Counted from the first letter of the stretch, positions 1-10,457 are shown. The stretch: 64,000 nt of DNA from an uncultured Pseudomonadota bacterium (GCA_963703385.1 OY969816.1:1357483-1421482), one strand, 5' to 3'. The notes: generated by a model from the sequence alone, not told the origin. Made by a program: numbers and translations.

Positions 1-1517
1 TCCTCGCCAAGACCGTCAAGGGCTATGGCATGGGCTCGGCGGGCGAGGCGCAGATGATGGCCCATCAGGCCAAGAAAATGAGCCTCGACGCCCTCAAACA
101 GTTCCGCGACCGCTTCAACATTCCGGTTTCCGACGACGAAATCGAGCATCTGCCCTTCATCAAATTCCCCGAAGGGTCGCCGGAGATGAATTATCTGCGA
201 GCGCGGCGGGAAGCGCTCGGCGGCTATCTGCCGGCGCGCCGGCGCCAGAGCGAGCCGCTGGTCATTCCGCCGCTCTCGGCCTTCGAGGCGCAGCTCAAAT
301 CGACCGACGGCCGCGAAATCTCCACCACCATGACTTTCGTGCGCGTGCTGAACACGCTTTTGCGCGACAAAAACATCGGCAGGCGCATCGTGCCGATCGT
401 GCCGGACGAGAGCCGCACTTTCGGCATGGAGGGCATGTTCCGCCAATATGGCATTTTCTCGCAGGTCGGCCAGCTTTACCGGCCGCAGGACGCCGACCAG
501 CTCTCCTATTACAAGGAGGACCGCTCCGGCCAGATGCTCCAGGAAGGCATCAACGAGGCCGGCGCCATGGCGTCGTGGATCGCGGCGGCGACGTCCTATT
601 CCCATTCCAACACGCCGATGATCCCGTTCTACATCTATTATTCGATGTTCGGGTTCCAGCGCGTCCACGACCTCGCCTGGGCCGCCGGCGATCTCCGCGC
701 CCGAGGTTTTCTGCTCGGCGGGACTTCAGGGCGCACCACGCTCAATGGCGAGGGTCTGCAGCACGAAGACGGCCACAGCCATATCCTGTCGGCGACCATC
801 CCCAATTGCGTCTCCTATGACGCGACCTTCTCCTATGAAGTCGCGGTCATCGTCCAGCACGGGCTGGAGCGCATGTATGGCAAGGGCGAGGATGTCTACT
901 TCTACCTGACGCTGCTCAACGAGAATTACGAACATCCCGCCATGCCGCAAGGCGCGGAGGAAGGCATCGTCAAGGGCATGTACCTCCTCAAGGCGGCGCC
1001 GGATGGCGTGGCGAAGGAGAAGAAAGTGACCCTGCTCGGCTCCGGCGCGATTCTGCGCGAGGCGATCGCCGGCGCGGTGCTGCTGGAGCGCGATTTTGGC
1101 GTCCACGCCGATATTTTCGCGGTGACGAGTTTCACCGAACTCAAGCGCGAGGCCGATTCCTGCGAGCGCTGGAACATGCTGCATCCGATGGAGGAGCCGC
1201 GCGTTCCCTACGTCACGAGGATGTTGCAGGAGCGCGGCGACAGCCCGGTGGTGGCGACCACCGACTATATCCGCGCCTTCGCCGAACAGATCAGGGGCCA
1301 CGTCCCGACCCGCTACAAGGCGCTGGGAACGGATGGGTTCGGGCGCTCGGATTATCGCCGCAAGCTGCGCGCCTTTTTCGAGGTGGACCGCCATTATGTC
1401 GCTGTTGCTGCGCTGAAGGCGATGGCGGAATCCCAGCTCATCCCGAACCGGAAAGTCGCCGAGGCCATCGACCTCTATCGCCTCGACCCGGAAAAACCCG
1501 ATCCGATGCGCTCCTGA
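1..1517 (+). CDS. aceE: Pyruvate dehydrogenase E1, homodimeric AceE type (5' part outside window)
   Basis: Motifs PIVPDESRTFGMEG, QEGINEAG, GEGLQHEDGHS, LGTDGFGRSD; upstream frame reads LAKTVKGYG from base 3. Confidence 0.97.
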   Translation, partial: LAKTVKGYGMGSAGEAQMMAHQAKKMSLDALKQFRDRFNIPVSDDEIEHLPFIKFPEGSPEMNYLRARREALGGYLPARRRQSEPLVIPPLSAFEAQLKSTDGREISTTMTFVRVLNTLLRDKNIGRRIVPIVPDESRTFGMEGMFRQYGIFSQVGQLYRPQDADQLSYYKEDRSGQMLQEGINEAGAMASWIAAATSYSHSNTPMIPFYIYYSMFGFQRVHDLAWAAGDLRARGFLLGGTSGRTTLNGEGLQHEDGHSHILSATIPNCVSYDATFSYEVAVIVQHGLERMYGKGEDVYFYLTLLNENYEHPAMPQGAEEGIVKGMYLLKAAPDGVAKEKKVTLLGSGAILREAIAGAVLLERDFGVHADIFAVTSFTELKREADSCERWNMLHPMEEPRVPYVTRMLQERGDSPVVATTDYIRAFAEQIRGHVPTRYKALGTDGFGRSDYRRKLRAFFEVDRHYVAVAALKAMAESQLIPNRKVAEAIDLYRLDPEKPDPMRS

Positions 1518-1555
1518 CATCCGCCCCGAGACTTTTTCGTTCAAGGTTCCACGAC

Positions 1556-2932
1556 ATGTCCAAATTTGAAGTGAAAGTGCCGGACATCGGCGATTTCAAG
1601 GGTGTCCCGGTGATCGAAATCCTGGTCAAGCCAGGCGATTCGATCAAGGCGGAAGACCCGTTGATCGTGCTCGAATCCGACAAGGCGACGATGGAAGTTC
1701 CCGCGCCCGAAGGCGGCGTGGTGTCGGACCTGCTGGTCAAGGTCGGCGACAAGGTTTCGGAAGGCGCGACGATTCTTTTGCTCGACCTCGCTGGCGCGGG
1801 GTCGAGCGAGGCGGCTCGCTTTGGCCTACGCCAACCGCTCGCCGGTGAAGGTGACTCAAGCGGGGCGGCTCGCTCTGGCCTACGCCAACCGCTCGCCGCC
1901 GCTCCCGCTCCGGCCTCGACGCCGGCTCCGGAGCCCGCGCCTGCGCCAGTCCCCGCGCCCGCCGCGGAAGCCAGGAAACTTTTCAGCGCCGTGCCGATCC
2001 TCGGGCTGGGCGCGCCACTGGCGGATTTCGGCGACGTCCTGGCCTCGCCCGCGGTGCGCCGTCTCGCCCGCGAATTCGACATCGACCTGACCGGGGTGCC
2101 GGCGACCGGCGACAAGGGCCGGATCACCAAGGAAGACGTGAAGACGTTTCTCGCCGGCGGCAAGGCTGCGCCCGTCGCGCCCGCCGGCGCCGGCATTCCG
2201 GAAATCCCCGCCATCGACTTTTCCAAATTCGGACCGGTGGAGGAAAAGCCGCTGTCGCGCATCCGAAAACTGTCGGGCCCCTTCCTGCATCGCTCATGGC
2301 TCAATGTCCCGGCGGTCACCCACAATGACGAGGCCGACATCAGCGATCTGGAAGATTTCCGCAAAAGGCTCGACGACGAAGGGAAAAAGGCCAAAGAACC
2401 CTATCGCGTTTCGCTGCTGCCCTTCCTGATCCGCGCCAGCGTCGCGGTGCTGAAGCAATATCCCGACGTCAATTCCTCGCTCAGCCCGAGCAAGGATTCC
2501 CTGATCCACAAGAAATACTGGCATATCGGCTTCGCCTGCGACACGCCGGAAGGCCTGGTGGTGCCGGTGATCAGGGACGCCGACACGAAGGGCGTGCTGG
2601 AACTGGCAAAGGAGCTGGGCGAATTGTCGGCCAAGGCCCGCGCCGGCAAACTGACGCCCGCCGAAATGTCGGGCGCGAGTTTCACCATTTCCTCGCTCGG
2701 CGGCATTGGCGGGACCAGTTTCTCACCCATCGTCAACGCGCCGGAAGTGGCGATCCTCGGCGTCGTGCGCGCGAAAATGGCGCCGGTGTGGACCGGCAAG
2801 GAATTTTTGCCGCGCCTGATGCTGCCGCTGTCGCTTTCCTACGATCACCGCGTGATCGACGGCGCGGCGGCCGCGCGCTTCGCCCGCGCGCTCTGCGCCG
2901 TGCTCGAAGACATCCGCCGTCTGTCGCTTTGA
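1556..2932 (+). CDS. aceF: Dihydrolipoamide acetyltransferase (PDH E2)
   Basis: Lipoyl domain ([11 protein letters not shown]), Ala/Pro linker, E3-binding domain ASPAVRRLARE, catalytic SYDHRVIDGA. Confidence 0.97.
   Translation: MSKFEVKVPDIGDFKGVPVIEILVKPGDSIKAEDPLIVLESDKATMEVPAPEGGVVSDLLVKVGDKVSEGATILLLDLAGAGSSEAARFGLRQPLAGEGDSSGAARSGLRQPLAAAPAPASTPAPEPAPAPVPAPAAEARKLFSAVPILGLGAPLADFGDVLASPAVRRLAREFDIDLTGVPATGDKGRITKEDVKTFLAGGKAAPVAPAGAGIPEIPAIDFSKFGPVEEKPLSRIRKLSGPFLHRSWLNVPAVTHNDEADISDLEDFRKRLDDEGKKAKEPYRVSLLPFLIRASVAVLKQYPDVNSSLSPSKDSLIHKKYWHIGFACDTPEGLVVPVIRDADTKGVLELAKELGELSAKARAGKLTPAEMSGASFTISSLGGIGGTSFSPIVNAPEVAILGVVRAKMAPVWTGKEFLPRLMLPLSLSYDHRVIDGAAAARFARALCAVLEDIRRLSL
1802..1898 (+). 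repeat. Two in-frame 54-bp-period direct repeats in the E2 linker
   Basis: tcgagcgaggcggctcgctttggcctacgccaaccgctcgccg (1802-1844) and tcaagcggggcggctcgctctggcctacgccaaccgctcgccg (1856-1898); encodes SSEAARFGLRQPLA / SSGAARSGLRQPLA. Confidence 0.9.
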
Positions 2933-2991
2933 ACTTTTTTTGACGCATAGTCTGATCTGAAAAGTCTGCAACTTTTCGGGAATATGCTTTG
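2927..2991. repeat. Palindromic intergenic element (REP/RIME-like), GAAAAGT..ACTTTTC core
   Basis: Hairpin gcatag..gaaaagtctgcaacttttc..tatgc fills the aceF-lpdA spacer; left end contains the aceF TGA. Confidence 0.7.
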
Positions 2992-3000
2992 GGGTCCATC

Positions 3001-4734
3001 ATGACTATCGAAATCAAGGTTCCCGACATCGGCGATTTCAAGGACGTGCCGATCATCGAAATCCTGGTCAAGGCCGGCGATGTCATCAAGCCGGAAGACC
3101 CTTTGATCGTGCTCGAATCCGACAAGGCGACGATGGAAGTGCCCTCGCCCGCCGCCGGCCTGGTCAAGGAATTGAAGGTCAAGGTCGGCGACAGGGTCGG
3201 CGAAGGCGCGGTGATCCTGCTGCTGGAAAGCGCGGCGGCCGAAACCGCGGTCGCTCCGCCGCCCGCGGCCGCTGCCCCGGCCACCGTTGCGGCGCCCGCC
3301 ACGACTGCGCCAACGGCCGACCTCCATGCCGAAGTTCTGGTCCTTGGCGCGGGGCCCGGCGGCTATACCGCCGCCTTCCGCGCCGCCGATCTCGGCGCCA
3401 AGGTGGTTGTGGTCGAACGCTGGCCGATGCTCGGCGGCGTCTGCCTCAATGTCGGCTGCATCCCGTCCAAGGCCTTGCTCCATGCCGCCAAAGTGATCGA
3501 GGAAGCCCATGAAATGGGCGAGAACGGCATTTCCTTCGCCGCGCCGACGGTCGATCTCGACAGGCTGCGGGCATGGAAGGACAGCGTGGTCAAGCGCCTG
3601 ACCGGGGGCCTCGGCGCCATGGCGAAACAGCGTAAGGTCACCATCGTCACCGGCGTCGGAAAATTCGCCTCGACCAATGCGGTCGAGGTGATTGCCGAGG
3701 ACGGCTCGAAAAAGCTCGTCAGCTTCGACAAGGCGATCATCGCGGCGGGCTCGGAGCCGGTCACTCTGCCCTTCATCCCGCATGACGACCCGCGCGTCAT
3801 CGACTCCACCGGCGCGCTGGATCTGGAAGATGCGCCGAAGCGCCTGCTGGTGCTGGGCGGCGGCATCATCGGGCTGGAAATGGCGACGGTCTATCACGCA
3901 TTGGGGTCACATGTGACCATTGTCGAACTGATGGACCAGATCATCCCCGGCGCCGACAAGGACATTGTCGCGCCTTTGGCCAAGCGCATCGGCAAGAAAT
4001 ACGAAAAGATCCTGCTCAAGACCAAGGTGGTCGCGGTCAAGGCGGAGGCCGCCGGCCTGCGCGCGACTTTCGAGACCGCCGACGGCGCAAAAAGCGAGGA
4101 TGTGTTCGACAAACTGCTGGTGGCGGTCGGCCGCAAGCCCAACGGCAAGCTGATCAACGCGGAAGCCGCGGGCGTCGCGCCGGACGAGCGCGGCTTCATC
4201 GCTGTGGACCGGCAGATGCGGACCAATGTCCCGCATATTTTCGCCGTCGGCGACATTGTCGGCCAGCCGATGCTCGCCCACAAGGCGACCCATGAAGCCA
4301 AGGTCGCGGCGGAAGTCGCCTGCGGCCACAAATCGGCCTTCGACGCCAAGGCGATCCCCTCCGTCGCCTATACCGACCCCGAAGTGGCCTGGGTCGGGGT
4401 GACCGAGACCGAAGCGAAAGCCAAGGGCCTCAAATTCGGCAAGGCCACCTTTCCCTGGGCGGCGTCGGGGCGAGCCTTGTCGCTCGGCCGCGACGAGGGC
4501 GCGACCAAGGTTCTGTTCGATGAGGAGAGCAAGCGCCTGATCGGCTGCGGCATCGTCGGCGTCAACGCCGGCGACCTGATCGCCGAAGCCGCGCTGGCGA
4601 TCGAAATGGGCGCCGACGCCGAAGACATCGGCCTCACCATCCATCCCCACCCGACGCTGTCCGAAACCATCGGCATGGCGGCGGAGCTTTTTGAGGGCAC
4701 GATCACCGACCTGATCCCGCCGAAAAAACGATAA
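3001..4734 (+). CDS. lpdA: Dihydrolipoamide dehydrogenase (E3) with N-terminal lipoyl domain
   Basis: Lipoyl domain, [29 protein letters not shown]. Confidence 0.97.
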   Translation: MTIEIKVPDIGDFKDVPIIEILVKAGDVIKPEDPLIVLESDKATMEVPSPAAGLVKELKVKVGDRVGEGAVILLLESAAAETAVAPPPAAAAPATVAAPATTAPTADLHAEVLVLGAGPGGYTAAFRAADLGAKVVVVERWPMLGGVCLNVGCIPSKALLHAAKVIEEAHEMGENGISFAAPTVDLDRLRAWKDSVVKRLTGGLGAMAKQRKVTIVTGVGKFASTNAVEVIAEDGSKKLVSFDKAIIAAGSEPVTLPFIPHDDPRVIDSTGALDLEDAPKRLLVLGGGIIGLEMATVYHALGSHVTIVELMDQIIPGADKDIVAPLAKRIGKKYEKILLKTKVVAVKAEAAGLRATFETADGAKSEDVFDKLLVAVGRKPNGKLINAEAAGVAPDERGFIAVDRQMRTNVPHIFAVGDIVGQPMLAHKATHEAKVAAEVACGHKSAFDAKAIPSVAYTDPEVAWVGVTETEAKAKGLKFGKATFPWAASGRALSLGRDEGATKVLFDEESKRLIGCGIVGVNAGDLIAEAALAIEMGADAEDIGLTIHPHPTLSETIGMAAELFEGTITDLIPPKKR

Positions 4735-4740
4735 AAAAAT

Positions 4741-4835
4741 CCCTCCCCTTCATGGGGAGGGTGGCCGCGCCAGCGGCCGGGTGGGTATCCCTCCCCTTTA
4801 TGGGGAGGGTGGCGAGTGAAACGAGCCGGGTGGGG
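4741..4835 (+). repeat. Tandem doublet of CCCTCCCC..GGGGAGGG palindromic REP-like unit
   Basis: ccctccccttcatggggagggtgg..ccgggtggg (4741-4785) and ccctcccctttatggggagggtgg..ccgggtgggg (4789-4835) between convergent lpdA and rfbD. Confidence 0.85.
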
Positions 4836-4842
4836 CCAAACG

Positions 4843-5731
4843 TCAGCCGGTTTGCGCCGCCAGCAGCCGCGCCACGCAAGGCGCCAGCGACTCGCGCCAA
4901 GGCGGCAGCTCGACGCCAAAAGTCCGTTGCAGCTTTCCGCAATCCAGCCGCGAATTGGCGGGGCGCGGCGCGGGCGTGGGATAATCCGCCGTGCCGATCC
5001 TTTTGACCCGCACCGGCGCGCGGCCAAACTTTTCAGCCTCGGCGAAAATCGTTTCGGCGAATTCGGCCCAGGACGCCTCTCCCGCCCCCGTCATATGAAA
5101 CAGGCCGCGCAGCGACGGCGAGGAATTCTGCGACCATCCGCCGGGCGATGGTCAAAATGGCGTCGGCGATGTCGAGCGCCGACGTCGGATTGCCGAGCTG
5201 ATCGGCGACCACCCCGACCTCCTCGCGGCTTTGCCCGAGCCGCAGCATGGTGCGGACGAAATTGGCCCCCGACGGGCTGTAAACCCAGGCGGTGCGCAGA
5301 ATGGCGTGATTGTCGTGGATCTGGGCGATTCTTTGCTCGCCGACCAGTTTCGAGCGGCCATAGGCGCTGGTCGGGCCGGTGGAATCGTCCTCGCGATAGG
5401 GCCGGTCGAGCCTGCCGTCGAAGACGTAATCGGTCGAGAGATGCAGCAGGGGTTTGTTCAGTTCGGCGGCGATCTCCGCGACATAGCCGGCGCCGTCGGC
5501 GTTGACCCGCAGCGCGACATCGGGCTCGCTTTCGGCCTTGTCCACCGCGGTATAGGCGGCGGCGTTGACGATGGCGTCGCAATGGGTGGCGCGCAAAGCC
5601 GCCAGAACCGCCTCGCGCACCGAAAGGTCGAGGCGCGGACGGCCCAAAGCGATCAGTTCGACATCGGGCGGCGCCCGCTCGATCAGCGCGCTGACCACCT
5701 GGCCCGTCAATCCTGTGACAACGATTCGCAT
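4843..5731 (-). CDS. rfbD: dTDP-4-dehydrorhamnose reductase, apparent +1 frameshift at 5123-5128 (probable sequencing error)
   Basis: MRIVVTGLTGQV, NAAAYTAVDKAESE, STDYVFDG, YGRSKL, LRTAWVYS, DQLGNPTS; C-terminus HMTGAGEASWAEFA..TPAPRPANSRL is in another frame. Confidence 0.9.
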
Positions 5732-5775
5732 GTGGCTCACGGCGAAAATCTCCCCCAAATGCAGCGACCGTTTCG

Positions 5776-5811
5776 CCATCGGGCGACACTGTCCCATCGG
5801 GCGACACTATC
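5776..5811. repeat. 18-bp tandem duplication upstream of rfbD
   Basis: ccatcgggcgacactgtc ccatcgggcgacactatc. Confidence 0.85.
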
Positions 5812-5879
5812 CCAACGGATCCTTGGCGGGCGCGGGCCGATGATGATAATTTTCGCCTCCCTTGTGAAGGGAGCGGAAT

Positions 5880-6251
5880 GTGAAAGCAATCCCAGGCGTC
5901 GCAGCCGCGGCCTTTTTCGTCTCAAACCTCGCGGCGCCGGCTGTCGCGGCCCCGGTCAACGATCTGCGCGCGCTGCACGGCTATATCGACGCCTGCATGA
6001 AGGGCGTCGCTGTGGAACCCGGCGCGGAGCTGACCATCGCTTTCAGCCTCAAGCGCGACGGCTCTCTGTTCGGCAAACATGTGACTTATTCGAGGCTCCC
6101 CTCCGACGTGGGCGCGCGGGCGCGCATTCTCGACGACGTCGCCGGAAAATTCACCACCTGCTTTCCGGCGCCGATCACTGACGGCCTTGGCGGCGCCATC
6201 GCCGGGCGGCGGCTGATAATGCGCTTCGTCCCGCCTCGCCGCGAAATTTAG
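5880..6251 (+). CDS. Small secreted hypothetical protein, TonB/TolA C-terminal-like
   Basis: Signal-peptide-like N-terminus, Cys pair, LTIAFSLKRDGSL pattern. Confidence 0.6.
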   Translation: MKAIPGVAAAAFFVSNLAAPAVAAPVNDLRALHGYIDACMKGVAVEPGAELTIAFSLKRDGSLFGKHVTYSRLPSDVGARARILDDVAGKFTTCFPAPITDGLGGAIAGRRLIMRFVPPRREI

Positions 6252-8359
6252 GGCGACGCGTCGGGCGTCCAGTCCTTCTCGACCAGATGGCGCAAGTTGC
6301 GCGCCTCGCGCAAAACTTCGTCGCAGCGCTGGAGCAAGGCCCAAAAAACCGGCGCCGCGTCGTCCGGCGCCTGCGGCAGGCGGCGCTCGGCGCGCGGCCC
6401 GGCGCTATCCAGTTCGGCCAGCGCCCCACGGCGCGTGTCGTCGAGCAGCGCGCGGCTCGCTTTGCCGTCGAGCTCATTGCGGCGCTGGCGGATCATCAGG
6501 CGCACGGTGACGATCTGGGCGGCGGCGACATAGGCCGCAGCGATCAAGGCGCTGTAATGCGGCCAGATGTCGCGCTGGCTTTGGGGGTCGGCGCGCATCC
6601 GCGCCGCCGATTCGCCGAGCGCCGAAAAACCTTCCATCAGCTCCTTGCGCGCCAGACGGTAGTCCTGCTCCGAAGCGTCCCAGCGCAGGGCGCGGTCGGC
6701 ATAGACGGCGAGAGCGCGCAGAAAACCCTTGGCGAGACCCGGCGCGCTGTGGCGCTCCCAATGCGGCAGCACGAATGCGAACAGGAAGGCGACGCCCGCG
6801 CCAACGACGGTGTCGACAAGACGCGCCGCGACCAGGGGCGCTTGCGTTGGCGCCAGCAGATGCAGGCCGAGCAGCGCCATGATCGAGGCGGCGAAGGAGG
6901 TCAGGCGGTAGTCGATCTTGACATAGGCGTGGGCGACGGCGACCGCCAGAAGCTGCGCCGCGAGCAGCAGGCCCGGCGAGCCGATCCATAAAAGCGCGCC
7001 GGCCGCGCCGCAGCCCAGTAACGTGCCAACCAGCCTCTGGTCGCGGCGCTGCCGGGTCGCGGCGTAGCTCGCGCGCATGATCACCGCGATGGTCAGCAGA
7101 ATCCAGTTGCCGTGCTCCAGCGCCGGAACCGTCTCGGTCAGGGCGTAGCCGCAGCCAAGCGCCAGCGACAGCCGCACCGCGTGGCGGAACACCGGCGAGG
7201 ACAGGCGCAACGCCCGCCGGATCGGGGCGAGAGAGACCCGCAGCGGCGGCGCGAAGGCGCGCATGTCCACGCCGGCCAGGGCTTTGGCGGCGGTCTCCTC
7301 GCTCGCCAGCAGCGCCGGAAGGCCGGCGAGCTTGGACAAGGCCAAACCGACGCGCGCCCGGGTGAGCCGCGCGGCGCGCAAAATTTCCGGATCGGCGCCT
7401 TGCGCCTCCAAGGTCGCGATGGTTGCGGAAAATCGGTCCAGCTCCGCCATACGATCGGGGAAGGACAGGCTTTCGCCGCTCACAACCAGATCGAGCGCCA
7501 AAGCATCGAGGTCGTGCGCCGTTTCGCGCAGCAGAAGTTTCATTTGCGCCGCCGGAGAGACGCCAGCGCCAAAGCCATGCGCCAGCCGCAACGGCGAATG
7601 GTCGGCCAGAGTCGAAACCACGCCGTCGAAGGCGTCGAGCACGGCGGCGAGCGCGGCGATCAGGCGCATCGCCTCGGCGCGGTCGGAAGCGGAAACGATC
7701 AGGCTGCGGGCGGTCTGGAGATGGTCGGCGAAGGACGCCTGCTGTTCGACCACTTTCAGGCAGACCTCGCCCTCGTCGGCGTCGCTGCGGTAAAAGCCGG
7801 CGATGCGGCGCAAGAACGAGGCGAATTCGCGCAGAACTTCGGCAAGAGTGATGCGCCGGCCCGAGGCGTCGGAGATTCGGGTCAGCGCCAGCGCCACGGG
7901 AATGTAAAGCCCGCCGCCGAAGGTCGCCATGGCCGCGTAATTCACCCGGCCGGCGAGCGTGATGGCGGGCGCGCCGAGGGTGAAAACCATCGAAATCAGG
8001 GTGAGTACGGAAAGCGGGATCGCCCAGCGCCCGAGCGCGATCAGGAGGCCCGCGCCAAAGCCCGTCACCATAACGACTGCGCCCTCCGCGAGCGGCGTCC
8101 CGCCGGCGAAAGCCGTGGCGAAAGCCGCGACCGAGGCGGAGGCCCAGGCCAAAGGCAGGATGCGCAATTTGGCGGAAAAGGGCATGGAAATGTCGGCGAT
8201 CGAAACGCACAGGGCGCCGAGCGCCGCCGCCATGCCCGGCGCAAAGCCGAACAGGGCGATCGAGGCGAGCGCGACGGCCAATACCGAAAGCGCGACCGCG
8301 ACGCCATTGAGGATGTGATGGCCGAAAAAATACTTCAGAAATTTCGGTTTTACGCGCAT
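6248..8359 (-). CDS. FUSC family (YccS/YhfK-like) membrane protein
   Basis: Multiple TM segments; FRHAVRLSLA, HGNWILLT, RDQRLVGTLLG, ARLVDTVVG. Confidence 0.88.
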   Translation of the reverse strand: MRVKPKFLKYFFGHHILNGVAVALSVLAVALASIALFGFAPGMAAALGALCVSIADISMPFSAKLRILPLAWASASVAAFATAFAGGTPLAEGAVVMVTGFGAGLLIALGRWAIPLSVLTLISMVFTLGAPAITLAGRVNYAAMATFGGGLYIPVALALTRISDASGRRITLAEVLREFASFLRRIAGFYRSDADEGEVCLKVVEQQASFADHLQTARSLIVSASDRAEAMRLIAALAAVLDAFDGVVSTLADHSPLRLAHGFGAGVSPAAQMKLLLRETAHDLDALALDLVVSGESLSFPDRMAELDRFSATIATLEAQGADPEILRAARLTRARVGLALSKLAGLPALLASEETAAKALAGVDMRAFAPPLRVSLAPIRRALRLSSPVFRHAVRLSLALGCGYALTETVPALEHGNWILLTIAVIMRASYAATRQRRDQRLVGTLLGCGAAGALLWIGSPGLLLAAQLLAVAVAHAYVKIDYRLTSFAASIMALLGLHLLAPTQAPLVAARLVDTVVGAGVAFLFAFVLPHWERHSAPGLAKGFLRALAVYADRALRWDASEQDYRLARKELMEGFSALGESAARMRADPQSQRDIWPHYSALIAAAYVAAAQIVTVRLMIRQRRNELDGKASRALLDDTRRGALAELDSAGPRAERRLPQAPDDAAPVFWALLQRCDEVLREARNLRHLVEKDWTPDASP

Positions 8360-8372
8360 CGGCGCAAAAGCC

Positions 8373-8819
8373 TCACCCCTTGGCGTCGATCAGGCGGGCC
8401 AAGCGCAGCAGCGCGAGTTCATAGCCCTGAACGCCGCAGCCGGCGATGACGCCCTCGGCGCGGCGCGAAACGAAGGAATGATGGCGGAATTCCTCGCGCT
8501 GGTGGATGTTGGAAATATGGACCTCGATCACCGGCCCGTCAAAGGCGTTGAGGGCGTCGAGCAAAGCGATCGACGTATGGGTGAAGGCGCCGGGATTGAT
8601 GACAATGCCGCCTGCCCGGCCCCGCGCCTCGTGAATCCAGTCGATCAGCTCATATTCGCGATTGCTCTGATGGAAATGGACTTCCAGTTTCAATTCCAGC
8701 GCCAGCGCGTGGCAGGCGCGCTCGACGTCGGCGAGCGTCTCGGCGCCGTAAATCTGCGGCTCGCGCTGGCCGAGCAGGTTGAGATTGGGGCCGTTCAAAA
8801 TTGTGACGAGGCGGCTCAT
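8373..8819 (-). CDS. aroQ: Type II 3-dehydroquinate dehydratase
   Basis: [43 protein letters not shown]. Confidence 0.97.
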   Translation of the reverse strand: MSRLVTILNGPNLNLLGQREPQIYGAETLADVERACHALALELKLEVHFHQSNREYELIDWIHEARGRAGGIVINPGAFTHTSIALLDALNAFDGPVIEVHISNIHQREEFRHHSFVSRRAEGVIAGCGVQGYELALLRLARLIDAKG

Positions 8820-9019
8820 CCGGGCGTCCCTTTCGCGCGCAAGATTTCGCGGCGAATCCCAGCCGCCGCCGCGCCGAATTTAGGCGTTTTTGCGGAAAAA
8901 AGCCAAAGGCGGGTTCGGCGGCGCGATTTGGACGCCCTCTGGACGCGCCTTGGATTTGCGTGCGATCTGGCGACGACGCAAAAAGCGCGTCAAAGCCAAA
9001 ATTTCGGGACGCTCCCGCC

Positions 9020-10234
9020 ATGAGTGACAAAAAGCCGATGCTGTCCGTCGACGACGCCCTCGCCGCCATCCTCGCCGGCGTGGCGCCGCTGGAGAGCGAA
9101 GATGTTCCGCTTGCCGCCTGCTTTGGACGGACCCTGGCGCGCGACATCGTCGCGCGCCGCACCCAGCCGCCCAGTGCGCTTTCGGCCATGGACGGCTACG
9201 CGCTGCGCGCGGCCGACGCCGCCGGACCGTTGAGGATCGTCGGCGAATCCGCGGCGGGAAGCGGCTTTGACGGCGTCTGCGGCGCCGGCGACACGGTGCG
9301 GATTTTCACCGGCGCGCCTGTTCCCCAAGGCGCCGACGCCGTGCTGATCCAGGAAGAGGCCGAGCGCGACGGCGACCGGCTTTTGGTCAAGGGGCCGGTC
9401 AAGGCGGGCGACAATATCCGCGACGCCGGAGTCGATTTCACCGCAGGCGCGATCGTGCTGCGCGCCGGGCGGCGTCTCAGCCCCGCCGATGTCGCGCTCG
9501 CCGCCTCGGCGGACCACCCGACCTTGCCGCTGGCGCGAAAGCCGCGCGTCGCGGTGCTCTCCACCGGCGATGAACTGGTTCCGCCCGGCGCCCCGCGCGG
9601 GCCGGATCAGATTGTGGCGTCCAATTCCTACGCCGTTCTGGGGCTGATCGCGGCCTGCGGCGGCGAACCGCTCGACCTCGGCGTCGTCAGTGACCGCCTC
9701 GACCGGATCGAAGCGGCGATCCAGCGCGCGCGAGCCGAAAAAGCCGATATTCTCGTCACCATTGGCGGCGCCTCCGTGGGCGACCGCGACCTGGTGCGCG
9801 GCGCTCTGGCCCGCGAGGGCATGGAACTGAGTTTTTGGAAGGTCAGGATGAAGCCGGGCAAGCCCCTGATCCACGGCCATATCGGCCCCATGCGCGTACT
9901 CGGTCTGCCGGGCAATCCGACCTCGGCCTCGGTGTGCGGCCATCTGTTCCTCAAGCCGTTGATCCGGCGCTTGAGCGGCGACCCGCTGGCGGGGGCCGAA
10001 AAATCGGAGCCCGCGCTGGCCGGCGCCGCCCTGCCGCCGGGCGGTTCGCGTCGCGAATTTTTGCGCGCCCGCCTGACCCAGGACGCGGAGGGCCGCCTGG
10101 TGGCGACCGCGCATAAAAATCAGGATTCCTCGCTTAGCTCGGTGCTGGCTTATTCGCAGGCCCTGATCGTGCGCGCCGAAAACGCCCCGCCCGCCCCCGC
10201 CGGAACGCCCGTCCGCGTCATCCGTCTCGATTGA
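9020..10234 (+). CDS. moeA: Molybdopterin molybdotransferase
   Basis: SAMDGYA, RIFTGAPVPQGADAV, STGDEL, MKPGKP, LGLPGNP. Confidence 0.95.
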   Translation: MSDKKPMLSVDDALAAILAGVAPLESEDVPLAACFGRTLARDIVARRTQPPSALSAMDGYALRAADAAGPLRIVGESAAGSGFDGVCGAGDTVRIFTGAPVPQGADAVLIQEEAERDGDRLLVKGPVKAGDNIRDAGVDFTAGAIVLRAGRRLSPADVALAASADHPTLPLARKPRVAVLSTGDELVPPGAPRGPDQIVASNSYAVLGLIAACGGEPLDLGVVSDRLDRIEAAIQRARAEKADILVTIGGASVGDRDLVRGALAREGMELSFWKVRMKPGKPLIHGHIGPMRVLGLPGNPTSASVCGHLFLKPLIRRLSGDPLAGAEKSEPALAGAALPPGGSRREFLRARLTQDAEGRLVATAHKNQDSSLSSVLAYSQALIVRAENAPPAPAGTPVRVIRLD

Positions 10235-10250
10235 TGTGGGAAACCAATGG

Positions 10251-10290
10251 AAAGGGGCGACGCGGGCCTGTCCTTGGACCCCGTCGCCCC
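10251..10290. terminator. GC-rich hairpin after moeA (possible terminator)
   Basis: ggggcgacg ... cgtcgcccc inverted repeat; no U-tract. Confidence 0.4.
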
Positions 10291-10331
10291 CGCGCCCTCT
10301 CCGCCGTGTCTCGCGGTTCAGAGAAGGAATT

Positions 10332-10457
10332 CTAGTCCATTTTCAAGTTTCATGGAAACATGAAAATGGTCTAACTTCTTGTTTTAACGCGTATTCGCTA
10401 ACGCGGCCCTTCGGGTCTTAACGCGAACCGGGTTCCACTTCGCTTGAAAACGCTCTA
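10332..10457 (-). repeat. Modular palindromic intergenic element, copy overlapping the nlpD stop
   Basis: Near-identical reverse complement of 19300-19405 plus a 21-nt insert; terminal TAG is the nlpD stop codon. Confidence 0.92.
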
